A DNA stretch of 45,173 bases from Paraphysomonas bandaiensis. Taxonomy: Eukaryota > Protista > Chrysophyceae. The first letter of the stretch is position 1; every line of letters starts with the position of its first letter. The stretch lies in assembly GCA_965644295.1 (NCBI GenBank), contig CBFFRP010000088.1, positions 1 to 45,173 of the forward strand, written 5' to 3'. The notes beneath the pieces were generated by a model. It made no database searches, was not told where the DNA came from, and was given only the letters and a program-made list of their open reading frames with translations. Positions 13,249 to 24,449 of the stretch are shown here, one piece after another. The position numbers were made by a program, and so were the translations under genes.

Positions 13249-14729
13249 CAGTCAGCTCGTGTTGAGCTGACGGACATGTACCATGGAAGAAGTCGTCATC
13301 AAAACGGAAGTCGTCACCATAAAAAAACCTGGTTTTGTTGCCAAAAACGGGGGAGTTTGTACGAAAATCTAGGTTTAAAAAAACGGGTTTTAGATAGTAA
13401 AACCATGGTTTTATACTTAAAAACCTGAGTCTTTCTTTAAACTTTCGTATACTCCACTCCAATATGGCAAGTTATTGAGCTTAAGGCTGGAAAACTTTCA
13501 ATTATCACAGTACCAATAGATAATTATATAAAAAGCCTTGTTATTACATAACGCTCTCTAACAAAAGTTCTACATAACGCTATTACAGTGTAGAATTAGA
13601 TTTTTGCACGGAGAAAAATTGCTGTATTGTTGGTTGTGACGAAGATTTGGCGCGCTCCTCTAAGTAACTTTTAGTCAATTCGGAAACGGTCTTAATCCAC
13701 AGGTAGTGCAAGGCAGCAGCATTTTCATGACTACTTCTTTGCACGATGAAGTCGTATACAACACTCATGGCATCATTGAACTGATTTAAACTTACCGTCG
13801 ATGTTGTGCTACTGTCAACATTTGTGTCAGCTTGATCATCGTCATCGTCTACCGTAGCTGTTGATGGAGAAATAGGTAAAGCTTCAAAGCATTCCTTCTC
13901 CGATGCGTCAGCTTCGCTGATTTCATTAGCTTCTCCATGCAAATTAACATGAACAAATTTGTTCCGACTCTTCAATACATTGTGTAACCAACCAGATGAA
14001 GCTTGAAATGAATTGAGGGTTTTTTCATCATCCGCGTATACTATCTATACAGCACAATATTAGACATGCGTATTTCTTGCTTCTTAATCTTGTAAACCTT
14101 TGCATAGTCCTTAGCCTTCTGCTTGAGATAGAACCAGCTCAAACCGCATTTATCGGAATTATAGTTTTCCTGGTGAAATGTAATGTACTCAACAAGCATT
14201 GCCTCCACCTCAGGAAATGAACCCTTCTTTTGTTTCTTGCGGCCTGTGCAAGTTTCATACTTCAGATTACCATCATTCCAGGCTTTCATCCAATTAGAGA
14301 ATGCTGCACGACTGAAAATATTCTCCTTATAAGCAACGAATTGACTGAATGATTTGAAATGACCGTCTTTATATTCTTTCACAAAGTTGCATTTCTCCAC
14401 ATCCGAGTAACTTCTCAAGGATTTCTTGCGCTTGGTACCAATGCTGCACTTCTCTGACATCACCACATATAGCAGATGAAGTAATGGAAGTATGTGTAAG
14501 TATATGGAAGTGTATGTAATGAATGAGACATTCCTGTTTATTGTAGTCTCTGCACGTATCTCGTACTGTGTATATGATATTATGATACTTAAATATCACC
14601 AAAAATAAGGTTTTCATATAAAAATCATAAAAAGTAGGGTTTTAAACAAAAAATATGGGTTTTATGCAAAAAAGCCCGTACCAAGCAACATACCAGCCAA
14701 AACGAGATTCGTCACCACAGAGACGACTG
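13249..14729 (-). mobile_element. Internally deleted pogo/Tigger-like DNA transposon (~1.48 kb), TA target duplication
   Basis: TA|CAGTC... at 13247-13253 and ...GACTG|TA at 14725-14731. Imperfect TIRs, AAAACC/GGTTTT-rich subterminal regions, and a CENP-B-type transposase N-terminus. Confidence 0.72.
13583..14460 (-). CDS. Truncated pogo/CENP-B-like transposase derivative (two HTH DNA-binding domains plus C-terminal tail, no DDE domain), 2 exons, 274 aa
   Basis: Exons 14460-14098 and 14044-13583 (53-nt GT-AG intron) are in frame. Motifs RSYSDVEK, FPEVEAMLVEYI, LKQKA, FQASSGWL, LHGEA and terminal QPTIQQFF. Confidence 0.75.
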
Positions 14730-14884
14730 TACATACATACATACATACATACATACATACATACATACATACATACATACATACATACATACATACATAC
14801 ATACATACATACATACATACATACATACATACATACATACATACATACATACATACATACATACATACATACATACATACATAC
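14730..14884. repeat. (TACA)n microsatellite, ~38 units
   Basis: Direct reading. Confidence 0.99.
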
Positions 14885-15294
14885 GATGAAAGTTCTCGCA
14901 CAAGTGAGGAAATCTACTGGAATTTATCTCTCCTATCTACTCTCTGTATTGGTATACTACAGCAGTATCATCTGTCTATATCTCTGTATATATGTATATG
15001 TATGTATACGTACATACATCTATATAATCACACTGCTCTCGCTATCTCATCTATAGGATACTTCAGTAGACAATTCACTTCTCCTACTCACACTTCACAC
15101 AGTCTTATTACACACCATAACTATGATAGTATTATAGTATTATCAGTGTATTATCAGTGTAGTATTATAGTGATATAGTGAGGATGTTATCTATATATAC
15201 ACACCCTTCTATACATTCACTTGAAACTCATCTAACGAACCACATTCATACCCTTCTCTCCTTATTAACACATGAGCAAAAGGAGTTTATCACT

Positions 15295-18258
15295 ATGTAT
15301 TATATGCTACTATTTCCTGCATGTATATGTGGACTCATCTCATTGGCTAGCATTTTCCATAAGAAATTTCCACACACTTCCTCACTTCTATGGAATGAGA
15401 AACATGTCCCATTAAGCCTTCTAATGGCCTGGTTGTTATCCCTTTGGGTGTCTGACTTATCCATAAGAGTCTCTTATGTACGGATACATATGGATATGCA
15501 TCTATCTGCTGTATATAGAGATCCTGCGTTCTTCCTCCAGTTCATGATTGTCTCGTTTGTCCCAATAGTTATGATGAGAGGATTGAAAGTACTAGTAAAG
15601 TATAGTCTGTTTCATTCATATCACAATCATTGTAAGTTTTTATCAGATTATTCGACAATATTTCCACTTTTACTTCAATTAACTGGCATGCATATATCAG
15701 CCTATTGCATTCTGTTGTCACAAGTGGATCCGATATCACACTTAAAGAGACTATGTTTCCTACTTGGTGTTGGTGTGGCTGCTGTCTCTCTGCAAGGTAT
15801 GGGTATGTTGTTTGGGGTACCCGTTTTCCATACATTGGGGGTTTATTCTGGGGAGGTATTTGGAGTTATCACTAGAGCTACACTTATCCCTCTCTCTCGT
15901 TTATTATGGAAGTGGGCAGTGAAAGTAAGCAGAATATCAAACTATTTCGTTTCGAAGTTGTACGTGGGGATTACATATCTGATGCCTTTTGTTTGGAATA
16001 CGTGTATTCACCTATGGGATAATGTCTATGTCAGCCTTTGCAGCGTACTTGCTTGCGCCAAACATATACTTGACTTCGTGATATCTGATGTGCTCATGAC
16101 TCTATGGGTTGCCGTGCAGCCACTTGTAAAATTTACTTTCCACCATATCAAGATATTTTTCATTTTTGTTTGGAATATATTGAATTCCTGTATTCAAGTA
16201 TTGATTTCTAAGTTCTCTATGATATGGTCCACAGCAATTGGTGCTGCGGCAACCATAATACGCAGTATTCGTCGTATGTGCAAATTAGCTTATGTATTCA
16301 TGTCAAGTGTATTGCGTTGGATATGGACGTTTGGTTTAGTTCCCGCTGGGAAAGTAACTTATTACTGTATGACCAACATCTATGAATTCCTCAGGCTAGT
16401 ATATGCCAGCGTATCTTTGCTCTGGACCAGTATTCTCCGCCCACTATTATGTTGTTGCTATGATTGTATTTTCAGGGCATTCAGATTGATGTATTCTGGA
16501 TTCAAACTGTTTTATCATGCTGTACAGTTAGTGTGGAGTGGAGCATATGACTGCTACGTAGTTCTCCGTCGAGCGAGTCATGTATTCCTTGTTTATTTGT
16601 GGGTTGCTCTTGATCTAATTTATTACCACACGTGGGAGTCGTATGGTGAACCTCTTGTATATATACTGTTGGAATGGCTGCAGCTTTTATGTTGTAAAAT
16701 TGATGCCAAGGTCAAAGCACTTTTTAGGCTCATAAAGCTGGGCGTAGCTTTAATATGGGAGCAGATAAGGAGAAAAATTTTGGGGCCTGTTACTATAGTT
16801 GTCATATCGACATTGGAATTTATCAGACGTGTCTCGTTTGGAACCATTATATTCATATTTGGGTTGCTGTTTTGCTACAATGCGTGCATTGCTTTGGTCC
16901 ACACAGATAGGCCTACACCTTTAGTGAATCTTTCCGGTTTTGTCTTGGGTGGTTACAGTCACATAGTGGTGAGTGCAATGCTCCTGTCTCCATTAATTCC
17001 GCATCGCGAGATACGTGAAGCTATTCAATCACTGTCCTTCTCGTGTTATCGGTACATTGATTTGGGGGTGGGAAGCGTTGGGCTTGCCGCGGTACGTACG
17101 ATCGTATGGGCATGGGGACTTGCGTTAAATTCCGTTATGCTCATGATGGGGACTCTATGGAAGTCATTCTTTGATGCTATTGATAGAGGATTGCGATGGA
17201 TTCTAGCAGTGGTCACCAGGATCATGAAGATGGTGAAAAGCTGGATTATCGAATCTGCGTATTGGCGAGCCTCCAGGGCTGTGAAGGCGCTTTGGACGAG
17301 CCCATACATGTCCCTCGTGGCATCAATTTTTCTCTTCTGTACTGCTGTCTCGATGCACAGGAGTAAGGAATACATAGCGTCCATACCGTATCACATCGCC
17401 TATCTACATCCCAGTACTACTTTTCATTTTACCGAATATATTGGTGCATTTTACACCCTCGGAGCATATGTAAATATCAAAGGAGATATTACGCATCATG
17501 GTATAGTAGTGTTGAACTTTACCCACTATTTGACTTCAGTGTCTACGCCTTGGGTTACTACGGCACTGTCGTATAGTGTATTTTCACTACCACAAGAATA
17601 CACTTTTGGATGGAGTTTTTATCTCATGCACATTGCTGCTAGTTTTGTTTCTAAAGCAATTGACGCTGATCCTAGGTTTTTAGCGAGAAGCACTACAAAA
17701 TCTCTTTACTTCCCACTTTTATTTTTCAATATCTTTTCGTTTACTTTGCATTCTATCGGGTTACCTAAGCTTGTGGTGTATATGTTAGGAGTCACAGGAA
17801 TTGTAAGTGTAGGGCAGGTAGCAATTTCGGCGTTTTTTTTTCATTTACTACTAATGGCCATTGTGATTGGCTTTGAGGTCTGGAGAAGGGCGTATGTACC
17901 TTCCCTTTCTGCATGGCGCAGGCTACGTGCAAGAAGCCGGAACAGAGATGGTCGTAGGAGACCTTCAAGTACGCCTCGGGCTAGAGGTAGTAAGTCGAAA
18001 TTGCTTACTACATCGAACCCGATTGTGAAGTATCATTGTCCAGAATGTGTTATTTGCCTAGATGATTTCAATGAGTCAATTGACCAGAGTCCCCATGAGG
18101 CGAGCGATTCCGCTGCTGTTTACCTTCCCTGTGGACACAGATTTCACAGCTGTTGTGTTAATGAATGGCTAAGAGAGCATAACCTATGTCCAACATGTAG
18201 AGAAAGCGTGGAAATTGAGAATACTGTCACTGCTTCATTGAGACATACATTTATGTAA
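15295..18258 (+). CDS. Large multi-pass membrane protein with C-terminal RING-H2 domain (putative E3 ubiquitin ligase)
   Basis: Single long ORF. C-terminal CVICLDDF...LPCGHRFHSCCVNEWLREHNLCPTCR is C3H2C3. Many hydrophobic segments. First ATG at 15295; an upstream exon is possible. Confidence 0.85.
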   Translation: MYYMLLFPACICGLISLASIFHKKFPHTSSLLWNEKHVPLSLLMAWLLSLWVSDLSIRVSYVRIHMDMHLSAVYRDPAFFLQFMIVSFVPIVMMRGLKVLVKYSLFHSYHNHCKFLSDYSTIFPLLLQLTGMHISAYCILLSQVDPISHLKRLCFLLGVGVAAVSLQGMGMLFGVPVFHTLGVYSGEVFGVITRATLIPLSRLLWKWAVKVSRISNYFVSKLYVGITYLMPFVWNTCIHLWDNVYVSLCSVLACAKHILDFVISDVLMTLWVAVQPLVKFTFHHIKIFFIFVWNILNSCIQVLISKFSMIWSTAIGAAATIIRSIRRMCKLAYVFMSSVLRWIWTFGLVPAGKVTYYCMTNIYEFLRLVYASVSLLWTSILRPLLCCCYDCIFRAFRLMYSGFKLFYHAVQLVWSGAYDCYVVLRRASHVFLVYLWVALDLIYYHTWESYGEPLVYILLEWLQLLCCKIDAKVKALFRLIKLGVALIWEQIRRKILGPVTIVVISTLEFIRRVSFGTIIFIFGLLFCYNACIALVHTDRPTPLVNLSGFVLGGYSHIVVSAMLLSPLIPHREIREAIQSLSFSCYRYIDLGVGSVGLAAVRTIVWAWGLALNSVMLMMGTLWKSFFDAIDRGLRWILAVVTRIMKMVKSWIIESAYWRASRAVKALWTSPYMSLVASIFLFCTAVSMHRSKEYIASIPYHIAYLHPSTTFHFTEYIGAFYTLGAYVNIKGDITHHGIVVLNFTHYLTSVSTPWVTTALSYSVFSLPQEYTFGWSFYLMHIAASFVSKAIDADPRFLARSTTKSLYFPLLFFNIFSFTLHSIGLPKLVVYMLGVTGIVSVGQVAISAFFFHLLLMAIVIGFEVWRRAYVPSLSAWRRLRARSRNRDGRRRPSSTPRARGSKSKLLTTSNPIVKYHCPECVICLDDFNESIDQSPHEASDSAAVYLPCGHRFHSCCVNEWLREHNLCPTCRESVEIENTVTASLRHTFM

Positions 18259-18800
18259 CGTTTTTCTTGTATATATAGATTAGTTCATAGTGCTGGAGTG
18301 AGAATTGCTCTTTCCACACACATTTGTAAAGTAGTATGTGTTCACCGGACTTCTTTGGACTGGGGTAGTAATAATTTCAATTTATTTTAGCACTCCTCTC
18401 TCTGGATATGACTAGTGTTATTATCATAGTAGTACTACAGAGGTCGTAAATGAAGCTTCTTTCCAGCTTCCCGGCGAATTGTAAACTCTGTCTTTCAGTT
18501 TCAGAATGAACCCAATTAAAGTTTGAACCTTTAACTTATTATCATGTGTAAGCGTTTGATTGGTGACAGCAGTCACCGGTAGCGAGCAAGAGTATGACTT
18601 CTCGACGTTTAGAGCTACTCAAGTTTTACGCACGAATTGCCGCCTCTGAAATGAAAAGACAGGTGTGCAAGTTATGTTGGTAGCTATTATATAGTTATAT
18701 ATGACGCAGTTTAGTAGAGGATATTAAGTGGGACAGTATACATCAAAATTCTTATAACTAATATCTAATATAGACTTTTTTGTCATCGGTGGGTCGAATT

Positions 18801-19110
18801 TAGTACCTATAGGTCGCTCGACCTACCTATAGGTCCATCGCAGGTACCTAATAGGTACCTACCTAATAGGTACCCACCTATAGGCATGCCTAAGGACCCT
18901 ACCTATAGGTAGGTACCTAGCTGTCACTACCTATAGGTATACCTAGCTACCCTGCCTATAGGTGATAAGAGTTAGGCACCTACCTATAGGTACCTCAAGT
19001 CCCACCTATAGGTATCGAAGGATTAGGTACTATCTATAGGTAGTGCTTCTCGCTGCCTATAGGTATAAGACGAAAGACCTGTAGGTACCTGAGTTCTGAA
19101 CCTATAGAGA
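18801..19110. repeat. Left array of palindromic (T/C)ACCTATAGGT motifs with ~10-20-nt variable spacers
   Basis: Direct reading. Confidence 0.9.
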
Positions 19111-19416
19111 ATTGGCAACGCAGCGGTGAAGAGTATAATGTATCTATTATTATTAGATTATTTCTATATATGTATATATATACACCATTACTAAACAAGT
19201 AGACTGTGCATTCTACAATCAACAATAAGCACGCGATGTTAATAATGTGTCATTGCCATTATCAGACGAGTTACCAGTGACGTGCTGTAATCAGTACAGG
19301 AATTGCTATCACATTCTGAGGAGTCACTGCTGCCATTCTCATTGTTGGCGTCTGAATCCAACGCCTGGCTGTGTCCTCGTAACTGTGCGTAGCATACTAT
19401 ACACTCATACACTATA

Positions 19417-19525
19417 CCCCTGTACTGTGTACTTGTGTACCCCTGTACTGTGTACTTGTGTACCCCTGTACTGTGTACTTGTGTACCCCTGTACTGTGTA
19501 CCTGTGTACCCCTGTGCTGTGTACT
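19417..19525. repeat. 23-bp tandem minisatellite CCCCTGTACTGTGTACTTGTGTA, ~4.7 copies
   Basis: Units start at 19417, 19440, 19463, 19486 and 19509. Confidence 0.93.
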
Positions 19526-19697
19526 ACCGTACGAAGGATATCACCACTATCCAACTTCGAGGAACAAGTACTACTATGCTGAAGTGAAGAGTGAAGTGTG
19601 AGGAAGTGTCTCCGTTAGTATGATTCGGAGAGTATGTGAATATTTGAATTTCAAACATGTGATGCCATCGTGACTCAATGCCACAATTTACTGTGAG

Positions 19698-21294
19698 ATG
19701 CCCGCGAAAACAAACTGCATCTGCTGCGCCTGCAAGAGCTCAGAAACAGCCCTGTCAACAGTGATCCATCGTGAACGACAACTTCGGCGCCGGACAGTCA
19801 GATGCTTCACCTCGAGAAGCCAGGATGCCTCCATATAACTCTTCGTCCAACTGGACAATTTACAAGAGTTTCAGGAACAAGAAAGTCCAGTCCAGGATAT
19901 TGGGCACGGTTCTCACGGCGAATGAGCTTATCATCGGACGCCAGAGCGCCGAAAAACTGTTCACACTTCCACGCTTATCACAAAGAGATGATGTATGAAC
20001 GCCTCTTTGTTATACTGGACACAGGAGATGTAGTTTCAGTGGAAGAGCACTTTGACTAACTGATTCAGTTGATTCTGCTGGTGATTTCAAAGGAGGGGGT
20101 TGCAACTCAAGCTTCTCATAACAAGGTTATCCATGTTGTTTTCTCTGCCACATATCTTGAATTATATATAGCATTACATATTATCATATATTGTATACCC
20201 TCATATCATCATATACCATCCTTCTATTATCATATGTATTAATATATCGTACATCGTTATATTATACATATCATATCATTGTATTAGATATCTCTTGTGC
20301 ATTTTGAACAACCATATCAAATATTATGATATCGTATAACATATATCTTATACCATTCATTATTGTATCATTATGTTATATATATATGTATATCATATCA
20401 CACAGCACAGCATATCATATATATCGTGCAGCATCACATTTTACAGTGCCCTGTCATCTGCTACTATTATATATTATTGTGAATAACACACTAGTAGGAA
20501 TTCTTTCTCGCTTCTAAAGAAGGTGCATTGCAAGCTAATGAAAAATTGTTAGCAAGTGAGGTAGTATCTGCATTTTCGGCGTGCAAGTATATACTGCTCA
20601 TATTGTTTACTTTTTTCTAATAATATCATTGCAGGTATGTAATGAAGTATATTCGCAAATTGTCGTGCAATTTGAAAACCAAGATTAGATGTTGTCACAC
20701 CAAGTTGTTTTCGGAACAGTCTTCGTGGGCGACTGTATCATTTGGACGGGAATTAGCCCAAGCATTGGAGAATGGTAAGTATTTATTATTGCGACAATTG
20801 ATGTCATATATATATTCTATTGACAAGGTATTAGTCCACGATAACATCCAGTTGAAAACGAGGGGTCGTGTATGCAGACTGCTATTGAGGCAGTATGCAT
20901 CATGATTGGAGCTTACGACTTCGACGAAAACGAAGGTCCTGGGGCCTTTATGGACCAGACGAGCACAATGGTTGAGTCAACGGCTCAACAAATGCTTTTA
21001 GGTCCTCCACGAGAAGTGTGGACGTCGGAGATTTGCTCCAGAGCGACCGACGGTATGAATCCTATTCGCGATTCCCGGCGTGAGCTGGTGATAAATGACA
21101 GTGATTTGAATTTTTTCAAGAATGCAAGGTTACTATGGTTCAAACGTTGGGGTATTGTTCAAACGTTCAAGAAGCCGAATAAGGAAGATGATGGTCTGAA
21201 CATTGACGATACAGTCAATGACGATACTTCCCTGTTAACTTCAGATTGCTTGGCGGTGAAGACTTCTGAAGTGCACAATGCTTCTGCTTCTTAG
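19698..21294 (+). pseudogene. Multi-exon pseudogene of unknown protein inside the TIR element
   Basis: Reading frame M-PRKQTASAAPARAQKQP... with frameshifts and stops. GT-AG introns at ~20127-20522, ~20588-20635 and ~20775-20828. The last exon encodes MQTAIEAVCIMIGAYDFDE...ARLLWFKRWG. Confidence 0.5.
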
Positions 21295-21510
21295 CAGGTG
21301 ATTAGGAGCTAGTTAACGCTTTGGTTCATAGTTGTCGTGGTATGTATATTGTTGGTTCTAGGTATTAATTGCCGTTAATTTTTACTCTGTACTATGTGTT
21401 ATTTTAATTGAATACATACTTTGTCTTTTCATTCATGATGCAGATCTGCAGTATTTCCTACTTGTAATGTATAATGTATATATTATACTTTGTTTATTAT
21501 TGTTAATTAT

Positions 21511-21845
21511 AGTACCTCTAGGTCGTATTGGTATTATATTTATAGGTAGTACCTATAGGTAGTATTGATACATGTAGGCAGTACCTATAGGTACATTTTA
21601 ATATAAATAGGGATACCTATCAGTAGGAAATCTAGAGGTCATAGGTACCACCTATAGGGAGACGAATAGGTACGTGTATTAGGGGGTACCTATAGGTATA
21701 CTGGGTAGCTATAGGTGGTACCTATTCGAAAACCTTTAGGTACCACCTATTGCTCAAAAATGTACCTATAGGTAGACAGAGGTACCTAATAGGTACCTTC
21801 GATTTTAATTATAAAAGTACCTATAGGTACGTACCTATAGGTACT
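21511..21845. repeat. Right array of palindromic ACCTATAGGT motifs
   Basis: Direct reading. Confidence 0.9.
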
Positions 21846-22216
21846 CAGCGAGAGTCCCACCGATGGTTGCCGCAATGTCAATTATTTCCAACTACGCAGC
21901 CATGGTACTATGTTTCACTATTAAGCGGTCTAAGTAGTGTATGCTATAGATACCTAGAATTAAAGAGGAACTGTGAACAAGGGTAGTAGTGTTGGTTAGA
22001 AGTCAACCCATTACTGACAATCTATTGATAAACAATTATTCCACACCACGCTTGTTCGGTAACGTCCTCATGTTTGCACGAGTCCTCACACAATTAAATT
22101 TTGCACATAATTCAGCACACTGATAGGTTCATACAATGATATTTATTATAAGTACAATACACGTGGAACTTGCATCGTATAAAGTGCGTGGATCGGACTA
22201 CAAAGAGAAGAAACAC

Positions 22217-23578
22217 TTACAGCACAGGAGCCTTCGTTCTAGAGTTCGTCGTTGTCTTTCTATTAGAATCACTAGATACACTTTTCTTGGTTGTCGAATC
22301 ATTTGATACAACGGACTCAGATCCATCCCCAGAAGAGGAAACCCCTTTCCCTAGCTCTATATCTCGCATTGTTAGCGATGCTCCATTCTGTATTCTCTTT
22401 TGTTGGGCTGTGTGTGGCACGGATTCTATCACGACAGGCATGAAAGTCAAGCTCATGAGATGAGAACTATTATCGACGCCGTGTAGCCCGTGCATGGACG
22501 TAGATAGCAGCCCGGAATACCTGTGACTGTGAGTCGAAGCACTGATATGACCATTCTTTGTCAGGTGCGAAGTGGACGTGTCCATGTCACCATTGGTGTC
22601 GGTAGAATGCCCACTGCTCTCCGCTAAAAGTTTAGCTCCATCACCCATATCATCTTTCGGAGTCAAGAGATATACTCCTATAAATACAATCACAACACCA
22701 GACAAAAATCCAACAGTTTGTTGTGGTTTAAATTTGACAAACTCTTGAAAATATACACCCCCCTGTAAGATCGCAGACGTTGTCCAGAATACTTGAAGTA
22801 ACGGTATGATAATCAATCCATCAAATTTTTTTAATGCAGCATTCATTCTGTATAACCAAAAACTTAATCCAAGTGCAAAAACCAGGACAATAATGTACAC
22901 AAATGGCTTATTAAATTGATTTTCACCATTAATTGTGGCTTTAATTAATTCCGCCAAACATTTCGATTGTAGAACACTTTGTGTACCTACAGTAGCCGAT
23001 ACAATCGCGTATGTTGATGGTCGAACAATGCCATTACCTGGTAAAGGTGTCCCTGTATGTTCATTGGTTGTATAGATGACATAAGTCACATGCAATACAA
23101 TAAGAATAATCAAGAGGAATAACATGAACATGATATAGTCTGTTGTATACAGTTCTAATAGATCATGAGTAGTATATACCTCCGTATTATGATTGCTACA
23201 TATAATAGCAATCACAAGACCCACTATAATGATCACCGTAGCTACAAGTATACGGGGGGTTAATTTTTCATTCAATATAAATTTTGCAAAAATTACATTG
23301 CTAATAAATTGTACAGTACCAAGTGCTGCTAATAAACTTTGTGCAGCAAATGCAAAAGATGCAAAATTGACTAAACTTCCCACGACAAATATTGTCATAC
23401 CTAATGTCCAAATATTTTTGGATGTAAAAATGGTTGGTTTGACATTATCAGATGGGGTTTTAAGGGCAATATTATGAGCTGATTTCATTAAATTTGTCCC
23501 AAAATTTACCATGACTGATCCAAATATATTTAAAAAAAGACCAAATAACCAAGTATTGTCCGGGTCGTCAAAATCCAT
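22217..23578 (-). CDS. NIPA-family magnesium transporter (DMT superfamily)
   Basis: Motifs GSVMVNFGTNLMK, NFASFAFAAQSLLAALG, LNEKL, NAALKKFDGLIIIP, GGVYFQEF; about 9 TM segments; first ATG 23578. Confidence 0.9.
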   Translation of the reverse strand: MDFDDPDNTWLFGLFLNIFGSVMVNFGTNLMKSAHNIALKTPSDNVKPTIFTSKNIWTLGMTIFVVGSLVNFASFAFAAQSLLAALGTVQFISNVIFAKFILNEKLTPRILVATVIIIVGLVIAIICSNHNTEVYTTHDLLELYTTDYIMFMLFLLIILIVLHVTYVIYTTNEHTGTPLPGNGIVRPSTYAIVSATVGTQSVLQSKCLAELIKATINGENQFNKPFVYIIVLVFALGLSFWLYRMNAALKKFDGLIIIPLLQVFWTTSAILQGGVYFQEFVKFKPQQTVGFLSGVVIVFIGVYLLTPKDDMGDGAKLLAESSGHSTDTNGDMDTSTSHLTKNGHISASTHSHRYSGLLSTSMHGLHGVDNSSHLMSLTFMPVVIESVPHTAQQKRIQNGASLTMRDIELGKGVSSSGDGSESVVSNDSTTKKSVSSDSNRKTTTNSRTKAPVL

Positions 23579-24067
23579 ATTTACGTCGTACAAAATTTCA
23601 CAAGAAAAATGAAGTCGAAAAGTAGAAAATTGAAGTACTGTATTGAGATGAAGTCAATGGAAGTGTTAATTGAATGACTTGAAATATATATATATATACA
23701 GGTTGAAGGGACACCCGACTTAACACTTCTTCATTGTAATGAATTATATGATACAACTGAATTGATATTATATCACACTGAATGACTCAAACAGGCCCTC
23801 TGTGTACCCCCTCATCAACCTTTCATTTTTAGACACTCTGCTATTCTCTGACACCATTACGTAGTGTAGCCGATAACGGATAGTCATCCGTGTAACGAAC
23901 ACAGCCAACAATGAAAAATTAAGTAGAAATTTCCTGATTTTATTTAAAATTAGGATTTTCTCATCATGCAAGATGAAAAAACTCCAAATTGTGACAAAAC
24001 TCTGTGGTTTGTAGATATCTGTAATTTCTGTCCACCTCTATATGTCCTGCTATGTACGACTGGACAC

Positions 24068-24180
24068 ATGTATGTATGTATGTATGTATGTATGTATGTA
24101 TGTATGTATGTATGTATGTATGTATGTATGTATGTATGTATGTATGTATGTATGTACGTATGTATGTACGTATGTATGTA
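24068..24180. repeat. (TATG)n microsatellite in divergent NIPA / ADP-ATP carrier intergenic region
   Basis: Direct reading. Confidence 0.98.
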
Positions 24181-24369
24181 CAGTGTATGCATATGTATGT
24201 ATTGGACAGCATTGAGTGGTACACACACCTCCTCTATACTCACCATATACACCCGGTGGACATCCTCTCTATACATCTTCAGCTAAGAATAGGATTACTA
24301 AGGAACTCATGACCTCTACTCCACTCTCTTCTCCCCTCTAAACCCTATCAATACCTCATCTACTATCCT

Positions 24370-24375
24370 CATACA

Positions 24376-24404
<29 letters not shown>
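24370..24404. repeat. (CATA)n microsatellite, ~8 units, ~45 bp upstream of carrier ATG
   Basis: Direct reading. Confidence 0.95.
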
Positions 24405-24408
<4 letters not shown>

Positions 24409-24449
24409 CTTAAGATCTACTGCACTATCTCCATATATACATACATATC

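Larger units (their letters stand above)
18784..21865. mobile_element. Unclassified non-autonomous TIR element (~3.08 kb) with subterminal arrays of palindromic ACCTATAGGT
   Basis: Perfect 10-bp terminal inverted repeat CATCGGTGGG (18784-18793) / CCCACCGATG (21856-21865). About 9 perfect CCTATAGG copies on the left and about 7 on the right, plus variants. Flanks are GT|...|GT. Confidence 0.78.

Noticed and set aside
12982-13428. 148-aa ORF as a single gene
   Set aside because: Chimera of an intron, a pseudo-exon and the pogo terminus
13975-14100. Frameshift in the pogo transposase
   Set aside because: Explained by an in-frame 53-nt GT-AG intron
18801-19110. ACCTATAGGT array as a CRISPR array
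   Set aside because: Repeat only 8-10 bp, irregular short spacers, mirrored at both ends of a TIR element, no cas genes, eukaryotic context
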